Source of the DNA: Deinococcota bacterium
GTDB taxonomy: Bacteria > Deinococcota > Deinococci > Deinococcales > Thermaceae
Length of the DNA stretch: 64,000 nt
Direction of reading: 5' to 3'
Assembly (NCBI GenBank): GCA_041695225.1
Contig: JBGFRI010000027.1
Coordinates: 23,440 to 87,439 of the forward strand
The notes below the pieces were generated by a model that was given only the letters and a program-made list of their open reading frames with translations, had not been told where the DNA came from and did no database searches. The position numbers and the translations under genes are program-made. How positions within the stretch are numbered: the first letter of the stretch is position 1; the number at the start of each line of letters is the position of its first letter. Shown one piece after another: positions 43,242 through 53,400 of the stretch.

Positions 43242-45130
43242 GGATTACGCTCCTTTCTACGCCGTTCGCGGGTCAAACGAACGATACCACCAAAACATAG
43301 AATCAGCACTGCGAGTACCAGACCAGCGGGCTCGAGAATTTCTCCCTGGTCGGCCCAGCGAAAAGCCGCCACCAGGCCCACTACCACTGCCAGGGGGGTG
43401 CTCAGGCTCTCCAGGAGTCGCATACCTAGATAAATGGCCGCCAGGATGGCTACAGCCAGGGCCCCTTGCTCGAGTCGCAACAGGTTGCTGTAGACCAGCA
43501 CCCCAACGCCCCCCAGCACCAGCAGGGGCAGATACCAGACCAGCCGCGCCTTCAGCTGACTCAGGGCGTAGAAAACCCCCAGCACAACTGCTGAGTAAAG
43601 CCCTGCTCGCAGCCAGAGGAAGGTCTCTGGATGGCCAGGAAACAGGGCATCGAAGTTGCGCTGAAGCTGCTGGTCAACTGGCAGCAGAAGGGTTTGCAGG
43701 TTGATGGGGCGCACCTCGAAGAAAATATAAAACAGGGCCAGCAAAGCAACCAGCATAAGCAGGTTGAGCCGGAGGTTGAGCGGCCTGGCGGCTGCCGAGG
43801 ACTTTGGGGCCTGGCTTGGCGCAACGCTTGGGGCAGGGCCTGGGGCTCGGCTTGGTTGGGGGGTAGGGGATGGCTGGGGTTGAGGGACTGGCACTGGCGT
43901 GGGCTTTGGCGTGGGAGCCGGGGCCGGGCGGCGGACTGGGGCCAGGGTAAAGCGGGCCTCGAGGTGGTTGTCGGGGCGCAGCTGTACCCTCACCTGCTGT
44001 GGCTGAAAACCCCTGGCATCGGCGTAGAGGGTATAGGCTCCCAGCTCCAGTCCCTTAAGGTCGGTGTCGCCGCGCACCACCCGCTGGAAATTGTTGGGGC
44101 CCTGCAGCCGCACCGCGGCGTGTGATGGGCTAACCCGGATCGAGAGGCTACCGGTAGCTGGGGCGGGCCGGGAAGCTGGGGTGGGCTGGGTACGACCCCC
44201 AAGCAACAAGCTGCGGAACTCGACCACGCTCTGGGGGCGCTTATCAATGCGGATTTCCAGGGCGCGGTTGACTGCGGCCTCGAGGCCATCGGGGGTCTCG
44301 CGCGGCAGACGCAGGGGCAGGTTGCTCTGCACCCGGTCGGTAGCAGCAGGGGGAACCACCCCCACCAGGGCGTGGTAAAGGGTGGCCCCCAGGGCATAGA
44401 TGTCGGTGTAGGGGCCAAACTTGCCGGCAGTGCCATACTGCTCTAAGGGCGCGTAGCCAGGCGTGACCAGACGGGTGTGGCTCAGGGTCTTGTTGCGGGC
44501 AAACTGCCGCGCCGAACCAAAGTCAATCAGCACCACCCGGCCATCCTGGTGCAAAAACACATTGTCCGGCTTGATATCGCGGTGCAGCATACCGGCGCCA
44601 TGCACCACTTCCAAAGCATCCAGCAGCTTGAGGGCAATACCCTGCACCTCGCTGGCGGAAAGCTTGCCCTGTTTCGCGATGCGCTTGCCCAGGGTCTGGC
44701 CCTTCAAAAACTCCATCACCAGATAAGCGGTGCCATTCTCCTCGAAGATATCGAAGACCCGCACAATACCCGGATGGTTGAGCTTGCGGGTGACTTCGTA
44801 CTCCTCCTCGAACTTGTGCATGATCTCCACGAAACCGGCCCCGGCCAGGCTGGTCGAGGGCAGTATCTGGCGGGAGTTGGGCCGTCGGGAGGTACCCTCG
44901 GGGAAAAGCTCCTTTATGGCCACGGGCCGGTTCTCGCGGGTATCGGCCCCCAGGTAGGTGATGCCGAACCCTCCCTGGCCCAGCACTTTACCCAGGGTGT
45001 ATCGCCCATTTTTGAGCCGGGTGCCCAGCGGCAGGTGGTGTGCCCCGTGCAGGTCTATTCCCATCCCGCAGGCCGGGCAGTTGGCGGCCTGGGGCGGTAC
45101 GGGTGAGGCACAGTAAGGGCAGGGTTCCAT
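43238..45130 (-). CDS. Membrane Ser/Thr protein kinase (zinc ribbon-kinase-PEGA-like-Pro linker-TM)
   Basis: GQGGFG, VAIKE, HRDIKPDN, DFG, GYAPLE and DIYALG motifs, with a C-terminal multi-TM region. Confidence 0.92.
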   Translation of the reverse strand: MEPCPYCASPVPPQAANCPACGMGIDLHGAHHLPLGTRLKNGRYTLGKVLGQGGFGITYLGADTRENRPVAIKELFPEGTSRRPNSRQILPSTSLAGAGFVEIMHKFEEEYEVTRKLNHPGIVRVFDIFEENGTAYLVMEFLKGQTLGKRIAKQGKLSASEVQGIALKLLDALEVVHGAGMLHRDIKPDNVFLHQDGRVVLIDFGSARQFARNKTLSHTRLVTPGYAPLEQYGTAGKFGPYTDIYALGATLYHALVGVVPPAATDRVQSNLPLRLPRETPDGLEAAVNRALEIRIDKRPQSVVEFRSLLLGGRTQPTPASRPAPATGSLSIRVSPSHAAVRLQGPNNFQRVVRGDTDLKGLELGAYTLYADARGFQPQQVRVQLRPDNHLEARFTLAPVRRPAPAPTPKPTPVPVPQPQPSPTPQPSRAPGPAPSVAPSQAPKSSAAARPLNLRLNLLMLVALLALFYIFFEVRPINLQTLLLPVDQQLQRNFDALFPGHPETFLWLRAGLYSAVVLGVFYALSQLKARLVWYLPLLVLGGVGVLVYSNLLRLEQGALAVAILAAIYLGMRLLESLSTPLAVVVGLVAAFRWADQGEILEPAGLVLAVLILCFGGIVRLTRERRRKERNP

Positions 45131-45139
45131 GTTAAAGCA

Positions 45140-45264
45140 GGGGAGAGGGGGAGCTAGGGAGAGGGGGAGCTGGGGAGAGGGGGAGCTGGGGAGAGGGGGA
45201 GCTGGGGAGAGGGGGAGCTGGGGAGAGGGGGAGCTAGGGAGAGGGGGAGCTAGGGAGAGGGGGG
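45140..45264. repeat. 16-bp G-rich tandem repeat (RGGGAGAGGGGGAGCT)x7 plus a partial unit
   Basis: Units start at 45140, 45156, 45172, 45188, 45204, 45220 and 45236, with a partial unit at 45252. Confidence 0.95.
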
Positions 45265-45271
45265 AACGGCA

Positions 45272-45664
45272 TCATCGCACGATCCAAGGGGTAGGGTTTT
45301 GAATCATGATTACCAGTTTGCCGATCACATTGTTATAAGTGGTTCGTAGGTCGGCTCTTGCAGAAGAATTCAGGTAGTCGCAGGCAGCGGCAAAGTCGAG
45401 CCAGGTTTGGGTTTCGGCTGCCTCGGCCTCGGCATCGTTGAGCTTGGCCACAAAAGCAGCCTGGTAGCGTCTTTTACGCCAGGCTTCGGCCAGATTGCCG
45501 CAGACCGAGCGCGAGGAACGCCGGATCTGGTCGGTCAAAGCGTAGCGCTCCTCCGGCGGAAACTCTTTACTGAGGGAAAATACAACCATAGCCGCCTCAA
45601 ACGCCATTTTGTATACATCCAAATCCCGATGATCCCGAATAACCCCGTTTTTTCTCTCCATCAT
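45272..45664 (-). CDS. Four-helix-bundle protein (23S rRNA-IVP/TIGR02436, Avd-like)
   Basis: HRDLDVYK.A...FPPEERYALTDQIRRSSRSV..NLAEAW...L..A..EAAETQTWL is the family signature. GGAG RBS. Confidence 0.9.
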   Translation of the reverse strand: MMERKNGVIRDHRDLDVYKMAFEAAMVVFSLSKEFPPEERYALTDQIRRSSRSVCGNLAEAWRKRRYQAAFVAKLNDAEAEAAETQTWLDFAAACDYLNSSARADLRTTYNNVIGKLVIMIQNPTPWIVR

Positions 45665-45665
45665 C

Positions 45666-45692
45666 AGCTCCACTGCCCCCTATCTCCCCCTC
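45666..45692. repeat. Inverted copy of the 16-bp repeat upstream of the four-helix-bundle gene
   Basis: Its reverse complement GAGGGGGAGATAGGGGGCAGTGGAGCT matches the tandem array at 22 of 27 positions. Confidence 0.7.
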
Positions 45693-45714
45693 GCCTCAAG
45701 CCCGCTTGCCCAGA

Positions 45715-47085
45715 TCAAGCACCCGTGATCTTGCGAATTTCTTCGTCGGAGGGCAGGTCGCCCCCACCGGGCCCCTCTCCTGCTTCCTGCCTGAGCACCT
45801 GGGTCTTGGCCCCAATTTTGATGGTCTTGGCGGTGCCGATGCTGATAGTCTTGCTGCTCTTAAGCTCGCCCACGGCCTGGTCGAGGGCGCGGGTCATGGC
45901 GGCGTTACCCAGCCGGACAGTCATGTTGCGGGCCAGTTCCAGCGTTTTGGCGGCTTTGGCGGGGTCGGTGCGGGCCTCCTGGGTGGCCTGCCGGACCAGC
46001 ATCTCGAGGTTGCGCTGCTGCACCCAGTGCATCACCTGGGGGTCAATTTTGGCGGTCAGGGTCTCGTCGGTGGTGAACTCTACTACTATGTCCATCGGGG
46101 GCACTTCGCCCCGATAGCCCTTGCCGGGTACCTCGTAGGAGAGCCCCATCTGGGCCAGCCGGATGCGCGAGGCCGGGCGGGCCGGCAGAGTAAACTCGAG
46201 GATAAACACCGTCCAGTCGCCCTTGGCAGCGTTGCCGAGGGGGTGGGGCTGGCTCCTCAAGTCTACCTCGCTCTGGGAGGGGTAGACCCGCGTCACCCGA
46301 TCTAGCGTCACGTCTCTGACGGTCTTGACTGCCAGGCCAATATTGGTAATGACCTCGTTGGCGGCGTTCTCCAGCTCGCCCAGGATTGCCTGCGGCAGCT
46401 CGCTGGCCCGCAGGCTGGGGGGTAGTGGATTCTGCGTGTCGGGCACAATGTGGAAAGGCTTGCCCTGGGTGCGGTCGGTAATGCTGGTCAGCAGGTCGTC
46501 GTTCCAGTCGTCACCCACACCGATCGCGGTGACGGGAATATGGGCCCCGGCCAGCTGCTGGGCAGCCTGCTCGACCAGCGGCTCATCAAAAGCCTGTCCG
46601 TCGGTCAGAAGCAGCATCCGGCGGCTGCCGCCCTCCTGGTGCAGCTGCTTCATGCCCTCCAGCATTCCGGCTCCCATATGGGTTCCGCCAGAAAACCTGG
46701 TGAGCTGCTCGGCGGCAGCGATCAGCCTGGCCTTGTTGGCCGCATCGGTAAAAGGCTGCACCACCTTGGCGGAGTCGTCGAACTTGACCAGGGCCAGCCG
46801 GTCTGTCGGCTTAAGCTGGTGGCTATTGAACAGGTTTCGCAGTGCCTCCACCACCAGATCAATTTTGCTTTTGGCCCCGTGCGCGCTCTGCCCTGTGCGC
46901 TGGGCCGGTTTAGTAACCACTTCGCGCATCGAGCCGGAGGTGTCCACCACAAAGGCAATGGCTAGCTGGGGCCTGGCGCCGGCAGCCTCGGCCTGGGGGC
47001 GCACCTTGAGCGCAAGAAACATCTTCTGGCCGGGCATGTTGGCCATTAGATACTCGCGGTGAGGTTGCAGACTGGTTTTTAGCAT
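45715..47085 (-). CDS. vWA domain protein
   Basis: MIDAS motif DTSGS, GGT and LLTDG. First gene of the kinase operon. GGAGG RBS. Confidence 0.88.
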   Translation of the reverse strand: MLKTSLQPHREYLMANMPGQKMFLALKVRPQAEAAGARPQLAIAFVVDTSGSMREVVTKPAQRTGQSAHGAKSKIDLVVEALRNLFNSHQLKPTDRLALVKFDDSAKVVQPFTDAANKARLIAAAEQLTRFSGGTHMGAGMLEGMKQLHQEGGSRRMLLLTDGQAFDEPLVEQAAQQLAGAHIPVTAIGVGDDWNDDLLTSITDRTQGKPFHIVPDTQNPLPPSLRASELPQAILGELENAANEVITNIGLAVKTVRDVTLDRVTRVYPSQSEVDLRSQPHPLGNAAKGDWTVFILEFTLPARPASRIRLAQMGLSYEVPGKGYRGEVPPMDIVVEFTTDETLTAKIDPQVMHWVQQRNLEMLVRQATQEARTDPAKAAKTLELARNMTVRLGNAAMTRALDQAVGELKSSKTISIGTAKTIKIGAKTQVLRQEAGEGPGGGDLPSDEEIRKITGA

Positions 47086-47250
47086 AAGCCTCCGGTGGTA
47101 AATTTCAGACCCACAAACCCAGTGGAACCATTCCTCTGCTACTCCGGGCCTGGCATTCGGTTTTTGTCAGACACTGGCGCACCATAAACGATTGTAGCTT
47201 AAGGCGCGACTAAAGTCCTGGCAGGGAGGGATTGAAGACTCAGTGTGTAA

Positions 47251-47361
47251 AAGTCGCAAGTCCCAAGTCGCAGGTCGCAAGCCAAAGAGACCTGGGACCT
47301 GAGACCTGAGACATGAGACATGAGACCTGGATCATGAGACCTGGATCATGAGACCTGCGAC
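47251..47361. repeat. Inverted 7-bp tandem repeats
   Basis: (AAGTCGC)n-spacer-(GAGACCT/GAGACAT)n with a 14-bp duplication. Overlaps the argH-like stop codon. Confidence 0.85.
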
Positions 47362-48800
47362 ACTCTCTGGGCCGGTTCGCCCAGCAGACTGAGGGGTTCC
47401 TGGGCCAGGGTTCTGAGGGCTTTGCGGCGGCGGCTTTTGAGTTCTTTGAGCTCGAGGCGCTCGAGCCTGAGGCGGTTCAAGGCGTAGTCCAGATAGACGG
47501 CCTGGGCCTCGGGGGCCGTCCCGCCCAGCACTTTGCGCCGCGCCAGGAAGCGTTCGGGCTCCAGGGCTCGCAGCAGCTCGGGGTCGCCAAACCCCAAGTG
47601 GCTGTGCAGGTCATCTAAGCCCAGCTGGGCGACAGTGCGCCCCTGGCTGCTAAGCTCGCGCAGCATTCCCTGTACCTTGGGGTAGGCCTCTGCCAGCGAC
47701 AGATGCCGCCCAGACACCAGCACGTCTACCAGCTCGGAGGCCAGCACACTGCGGTCGGTCAGGCCCTGGGCCAGAACCTCGGGCACAAAGCGGCTTTCCT
47801 GCAAGGCCACCCGCATCAGGGCTACCGCTCCCTCGGCGGCGTAAAAGAGGCCCTGCAAAGGCTCGAGTACCGCGGGCCCGTGGTCGTTTACATCGCCAAA
47901 AGGGGTGTTGTAGTTGAGGTGACCAAGGGTGGTTGGGCCGCCCATCAGCTCGGCCAGAAATCCCCGCGCGTGCTCCAGTACCACCGGGTTGACCTTTTGC
48001 GGCATGATCGAGGAGCCCTGGCTAATTTTTTCGGCTACCAGAAACCCCCCCTGTTCGGCCCAGAACAACAGGTCGGCTACCAGGCGCGATAGGCTGGTAG
48101 CCATGCCGGCCAGTGCATAGCCGATTTCCAGGGCCCAGTCGCCTGCCGCGATAGCGTCGTAGGTGTGTTCTAAGGTGCCCCCGAACCCCAGCCAGCGGGC
48201 CAGCGCTTTGCGGTCTACCGGATAGGGGCTGCCGGCCAGGGTGGAGGCCCCCAGAGGGCATCTGTCGGTGGTCAGGAAGGCTGCCCGCAGGCGCTGGTAG
48301 TCGCGCGAGAGCAGGTTTTCGACCCCGGTCAGGTAGTGCCCCAGGGTGCTGGGCTGGGCCGGGCGGTGGTGGGTATAGGCAGTGAGCAGGGTCTGGCGGT
48401 GGGCCTGACCCAGACCCAGCACTTCCCGCCGCAGGTCAGACAGCACGGTCAAAACCCGCAGCAGCCGCTCGCAGGCATAGGCGCGAAACACCGTGAGGTC
48501 GAGGTCGTTGCGGGAGAGGCCGCGCCGCAAGGCCCCGGCAATCTCGTAGCCAAAGCGCTCGCGCAGGTGAAAATCTATGGTGAAAAAAATGTCTTCAAGC
48601 TGCCCGCTAAAGCCGGGAATGGGGTCTTTGCGCAGCTGAGCCAGGGCCCAGGCGGCTTCTTTGGCCTCGGGGATGTTAAGCCTGCCAAGGCCCAGCGCAT
48701 ACGCGGTAAGGGCATCGAAAAAATAATCGCCCAGATGCTCTTTGGCGAAGCGGAAGTGCCGTTGTAACACCCAGCGACGGTAAAGGTTGTGCCAGCGCAT
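47346..48800 (-). CDS. Argininosuccinate lyase family (fumarate lyase superfamily) protein
   Basis: LSRND, AYTHHRPAQP, CPLGAS and GSSIMPQKVNP motifs. GGAGG RBS before MRWHN. Confidence 0.8.
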   Translation of the reverse strand: MRWHNLYRRWVLQRHFRFAKEHLGDYFFDALTAYALGLGRLNIPEAKEAAWALAQLRKDPIPGFSGQLEDIFFTIDFHLRERFGYEIAGALRRGLSRNDLDLTVFRAYACERLLRVLTVLSDLRREVLGLGQAHRQTLLTAYTHHRPAQPSTLGHYLTGVENLLSRDYQRLRAAFLTTDRCPLGASTLAGSPYPVDRKALARWLGFGGTLEHTYDAIAAGDWALEIGYALAGMATSLSRLVADLLFWAEQGGFLVAEKISQGSSIMPQKVNPVVLEHARGFLAELMGGPTTLGHLNYNTPFGDVNDHGPAVLEPLQGLFYAAEGAVALMRVALQESRFVPEVLAQGLTDRSVLASELVDVLVSGRHLSLAEAYPKVQGMLRELSSQGRTVAQLGLDDLHSHLGFGDPELLRALEPERFLARRKVLGGTAPEAQAVYLDYALNRLRLERLELKELKSRRRKALRTLAQEPLSLLGEPAQRVSQVS

Positions 48801-49384
48801 ATGCACCTCCTGAATGGCGGCCTGCCGAGGGGCTATATGCCCTCCGATAACCAGGATATACCACCTGGATGGAAGCAGCATTTGAGCCTTCTATTCCTGC
48901 ATTTGCGCTTTTCACATCTGCCCTGGTACGCTACTTGGCGCTGCCAGCTTGTGGGCGGCTTTCTTATGCCTGACAATGAACATGGATAGATTCGCAGTGT
49001 AGCGGTTTGGGCATTACTGGCAGTTGAAGCGTGCGCCAGACGTTCCTGGGTTCTCGGGTATCTTGAGGGACTGTTGGTTTACCCTACATGTGGCCGCACA
49101 AAGCATTCAACCGCGAGGGGCAAATGACCCAGGTTTTTTGCCTGGCGGGCCTAGACTAGCTGTGGAGTGACTATAGGCGGTTATGGTTTACGCGGCTAGG
49201 CTCGGTTTTTCCAGGACACCTCTATCACCAGGTCTTGCCCGGCATGTGGCAGGATGCTGTATGAAAGCGTTTACCGTCAACGATTTGCCTCGCAGATTCG
49301 CGCAGCTTGCTGTGGCTTAGCTCAGCGCTTTTGAGGGTCTGGCGCGACCTGGTATGAGTCTTTTCTGACTATGGAAGGGCACCT

Positions 49385-50455
49385 ATGAATCTGGAAAGTA
49401 TGGCCGTGCTGATCGTGGACGACGAGCCGGCCAATGTGGCCCTTTTGCAGCGAACACTCGAGCGGGAGGGCTTTTCGCGGCTTTACGCTACAACCGATTC
49501 CACTCGCTTCGAGGAGTTTCTGAGCCGCGTGCAGCCCGACCTGATTCTGCTGGACCTGCACATGCCGGGCCGCGATGGTTTCGAGATTCTCAGGGCTCTG
49601 CCCCAGCTTTTACCCAGCGGCGAGTATCTGCCGGTGCTGGTGCTGACCGCAGATGTCACCCAGGGGGCCAAGTACCGCGCCCTTAGTATGGGAGCCAAAG
49701 ACTTTTTGCACAAACCCTTTGACGTGCTGGAGGTGGTCTTGCGGGTGCGTCGGCTGCTGGAAACCCGCCAGATGCACCTCTTGCTCAGGGACGAAAACCT
49801 GCGCCTGGAGGCTGCGGTGCAGGCCCGCACCCGCGAAGTGCACGAGGCCCATCTCGATCTGCTGCACCGGCTGGCTCTGGCTGCGGAATACCGCGACGAC
49901 GATACCGGCGAGCACATTCGCCGTGTGGCCGAGAACTCGGCTCGCCTGGCCCTGGCCCTGGGCCAGGATACCCATTCCGCCGAGGTACTAAAACAGGCTG
50001 CTCCCCTGCACGATATCGGCAAGATTGCAATCCCAGACTCTATTTTGCACAAACCCGCCCAGCTTAGCCTGCCGGAGAGGGAGACCATGAAAACCCATAC
50101 CCTGGTGGGATGTGCGCTTTTGGATGGGGGCCGGTCGGTCTATTTGCAGATGGCCCGGCGCATTGCCCGCTCACACCACGAGCGCTGGAACGGCCAGGGC
50201 TACCCCGATGGCCTGAGGGGTGAGGAGATTCCGCTCGAGGCCCGCATTTTGGCGGTGGTGGATGTTTTCGATGCTCTGCTAAGCGAGCGCCCCTACAAAC
50301 CAGCCTGGACGCTGGCCGAGGCCAGCCGTGAAATTCAATGCCAGGCTGGAGTGCTATTCGACCCCCAGGTTGTAGCGGCTTTTGCTGAGCTGGTTGAGCG
50401 TGGCGAGCTGTTGCTGCCAGCCAGTGCTGCCCCAGGGCGCGGAGTTGCACCATGA
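49385..50455 (+). CDS. Response regulator with HD-GYP c-di-GMP phosphodiesterase (RpfG-like)
   Basis: REC domain (IVDDE, LLDLHMP, KPF). TGEHIRRV, LHDIGK, HHERWNGQGYPDGL and DVFDAL..RPYK motifs. Confidence 0.92.
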   Translation: MNLESMAVLIVDDEPANVALLQRTLEREGFSRLYATTDSTRFEEFLSRVQPDLILLDLHMPGRDGFEILRALPQLLPSGEYLPVLVLTADVTQGAKYRALSMGAKDFLHKPFDVLEVVLRVRRLLETRQMHLLLRDENLRLEAAVQARTREVHEAHLDLLHRLALAAEYRDDDTGEHIRRVAENSARLALALGQDTHSAEVLKQAAPLHDIGKIAIPDSILHKPAQLSLPERETMKTHTLVGCALLDGGRSVYLQMARRIARSHHERWNGQGYPDGLRGEEIPLEARILAVVDVFDALLSERPYKPAWTLAEASREIQCQAGVLFDPQVVAAFAELVERGELLLPASAAPGRGVAP

Positions 50456-53400
50456 GCCAGCCAGCGCAGAACCACCAGACTTCTCTGGATGAACGAGTAA
50501 ACGAGCTCGAGCTAGCCTTGCAGGCTGCCAACGTGGGAACCTGGTCGAGTGACCTTCGCCGCGGAACCAACCGGGTAAACCGGGCCTGGGCCACCATGCT
50601 GGGCTATGCCCTCGAGGAGGTTGAACCAACCCTGGCCTTTTTCGAGTCGCTGCTGCACCCCGACGACCTGCTCTTGACCCAGCGGCTGCACCAGCAGCAA
50701 CTACAGCGCGGAGTAGATCACTTCGATCTGGTCCAGCGAATGCGGGCCAGGGACGGAGCCTGGCGCTGGATTCTGGTACGGGGCCGGGTAGTGGAGCGCG
50801 ATGGCGAGGGCCTGCCCCTGCGGATGTCCGGCATTCACCTGGACCTTACCGAGCGCCTGCAGGCCGCAGAAGCCCTGCACCAGAGCGAGCAGAAATACCG
50901 CTTGCTTTTTGAGAACAGCCCTCAGCCGATGTTGGTCTACGACCTGGATACCCAGGGTTTTCTGGCGGTGAACCAGGCCGCCCTGCACAAATACGGCTAC
51001 TCCAGAACAGAATTCCTGGGCATGAGTATCGCCAGTATCTGCCCAAAAAGCGAAACGTCCAGGTTGGTGGACACTGTGCACGAAGACAGGGCAGACCTGG
51101 TAAAGGCCGGCTGCTGGCGGCACCGAAAGAGCGACGGCTCCCTGATGGATGTGGAGATAGTCAGCCACCGGCTGCTTTTTGACGGTAAGGCGGCCAGACT
51201 GGTGCTGGTGCAGGATGTCACCGAGCGCAAGCAGGCCGAACAGGCCCTCCGCGATAGCGAGGAGCGCTTTCGCTCGTTTGCCGAAAACCTGGATGACGTG
51301 GTCTGGATCAACCATCCCGATGGGCGGCTAGCCTATTTGAACCCGGCTTTTGAGCGGGTCTGGGGCCGGCCTGTGGGCGACTTCCTCCAGGACGAGTCGC
51401 TCTTTTACCAGACCATTCACCCCGACGACCATGGCAGGGTCAAAGCGGCCTATGCCTTACCGGCCGAGCAGCGCAAAGGGGTTCAGGAGTACCGCATTCT
51501 GCGGCCCGACGGAACCCTGTGCTGGATACGCGACCGGACTTTTCTTATTGGCAGCCCAGTTGAGCATAACCGGCGGGTAGCGGGCATTGCCGAAGACATC
51601 ACCCAGAGCCGGCTAGACCAGGAGCAGCTTCGCCTGCAAGCAGCAGCCCTGGAGGCATCCTCTACGGCCATTGTTATTGCCAACCGCAATGGCGAAATCG
51701 TGTGGGCCAACCGGGCTTTTTCCACCATGACCGGTTACACTCTGGATCAGGTTTATGGCCAGAACCCCCGAATCTTGCAGTCGGGGTTGCAGCGCCCCGC
51801 CTTTTACAAGGATCTGTGGGATACCATCCTGGCGGGCCTTCCCTGGCGCGGTGAGCTGGTTAACAAACGCAAGGATGGTAGCCTTTACCACGAGTACCTT
51901 CAGATAACCCCGGTGCGAGACTCTCTGGGCCAGATCACCCACTTTGTTGGCATCAAGGAAGACATTACCCAGCGCAAGCAGCTCGAACAACAACTGCGCC
52001 AGAGCGAGGCCGACCTTAAAGCAGCCCAGAGCGTGGCCAGGGTGGGAAACTGGTACTACTATTTCGACACCGACCAGGTGGAATGGTCCGAAGAGATGTA
52101 CCGGATATTTGGCCTGCTCCCGGAGGAGTTTGGCCACAGTTTTGAGGCCTTTTTGCGGTGTGTCCACCCCGACGACCAGCCTCTGCTTATGCAGGCCAAC
52201 CGCGAGGAGCTTGCCAGTGCGAGGCCGCTGGAGCTGGAGTTTCGCATTGTGCTGCCGGATGGGCAGGTCAAGTTCATCCGCGAGGTTAGCAAGCCCTTTC
52301 ACGACGCCAGTGGGGCGGTGGTGGGTTTGTTCGGCACCTCGCAGGACATTACCGTGTACAAGCAACAAGAGATGGCCCTCAGGGCCAGCGAGGCCCTGGT
52401 GCGTGAGACGCAGCGCCTGGCCAGGCTGGGGAGCTGGAACTGGGACATAAAGACTAGTCAGGTTGCACTAACCGAGGAGCTGTGTGAAATCCTGGGGGTG
52501 GCCGCGGAACAGATTTCTACCCTGGAGGATTTCTGGGGCCTGGTTCACCCCGATGACCGGCCGCGAGTAGAGCAGCTTACGGCCCGGTCTGTGGGCCAGC
52601 AGGACTCGTTTGAGGTCGAGTTTCGCATTCTTACCCCGGCCGGTATAGAGAAGCATGTAGTTAGCCATAGTCACGCGGTCTGCGACCCGCAGGGGCGGGT
52701 AATGCAGCGCTTTGCCACGGTGCAGGACATCACCGAGCGGGTGCTGGCCGAGCGCAACCGCCAGGCCCGCGAGATTGCCGAGGCAGCCAGCCAGGCCAAG
52801 AGCGAGTTTCTTTCCCGTATGAGCCACGAGCTACGCACCCCGCTTAACTCCATTCTGGGCTTTGCCCAGCTTTTAGAACTCGAGCTAAGCGAGACCAGCC
52901 AGCGCCAGAGCCTGGAGTACATCCTGCTGGCGGGCCGGCACCTGCTGGGGCTGATTAACGAGATACTGGACATCAGCCGGATCGAGGCTGGCCGCATGGT
53001 GCTCTCGCTCGAGCCCGTCCTGGTCTGGGAGGTGTTAGACGAGGCAGTCCAGCTTAACCGCCCCCTGGCCGATGCAAGGGGGATTCAGATCGAGACCACC
53101 GATTCGCCAGGCTTAAATACCCAGGTTCTGGCTGACCGCCAGCGGCTTTTGCAGGTTCTGCTCAACCTGCTCTCCAACGCCATAAAATACAATCGCCAGG
53201 GAGGGAAGGTTAGCCTGGACTGCCACCTAATGCCAGAGGTGAAGCTGCGGGTTGATGTTCACGACACCGGCCCCGGAATTCCCCCCGGCATGATGCACCG
53301 GCTCTTTATGCCCTTTGACCGGCTGGGGCTGCGCGACAGCGAGGGAACCGGTCTGGGGCTAACCCTAAGCAAGCATCTGATTGAGGTCATGGGCGGGAGG

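Noticed and set aside
45272..45664. Avd-like gene as part of a diversity-generating retroelement
   Set aside because: No reverse transcriptase and no TR/VR pair seen in the window.
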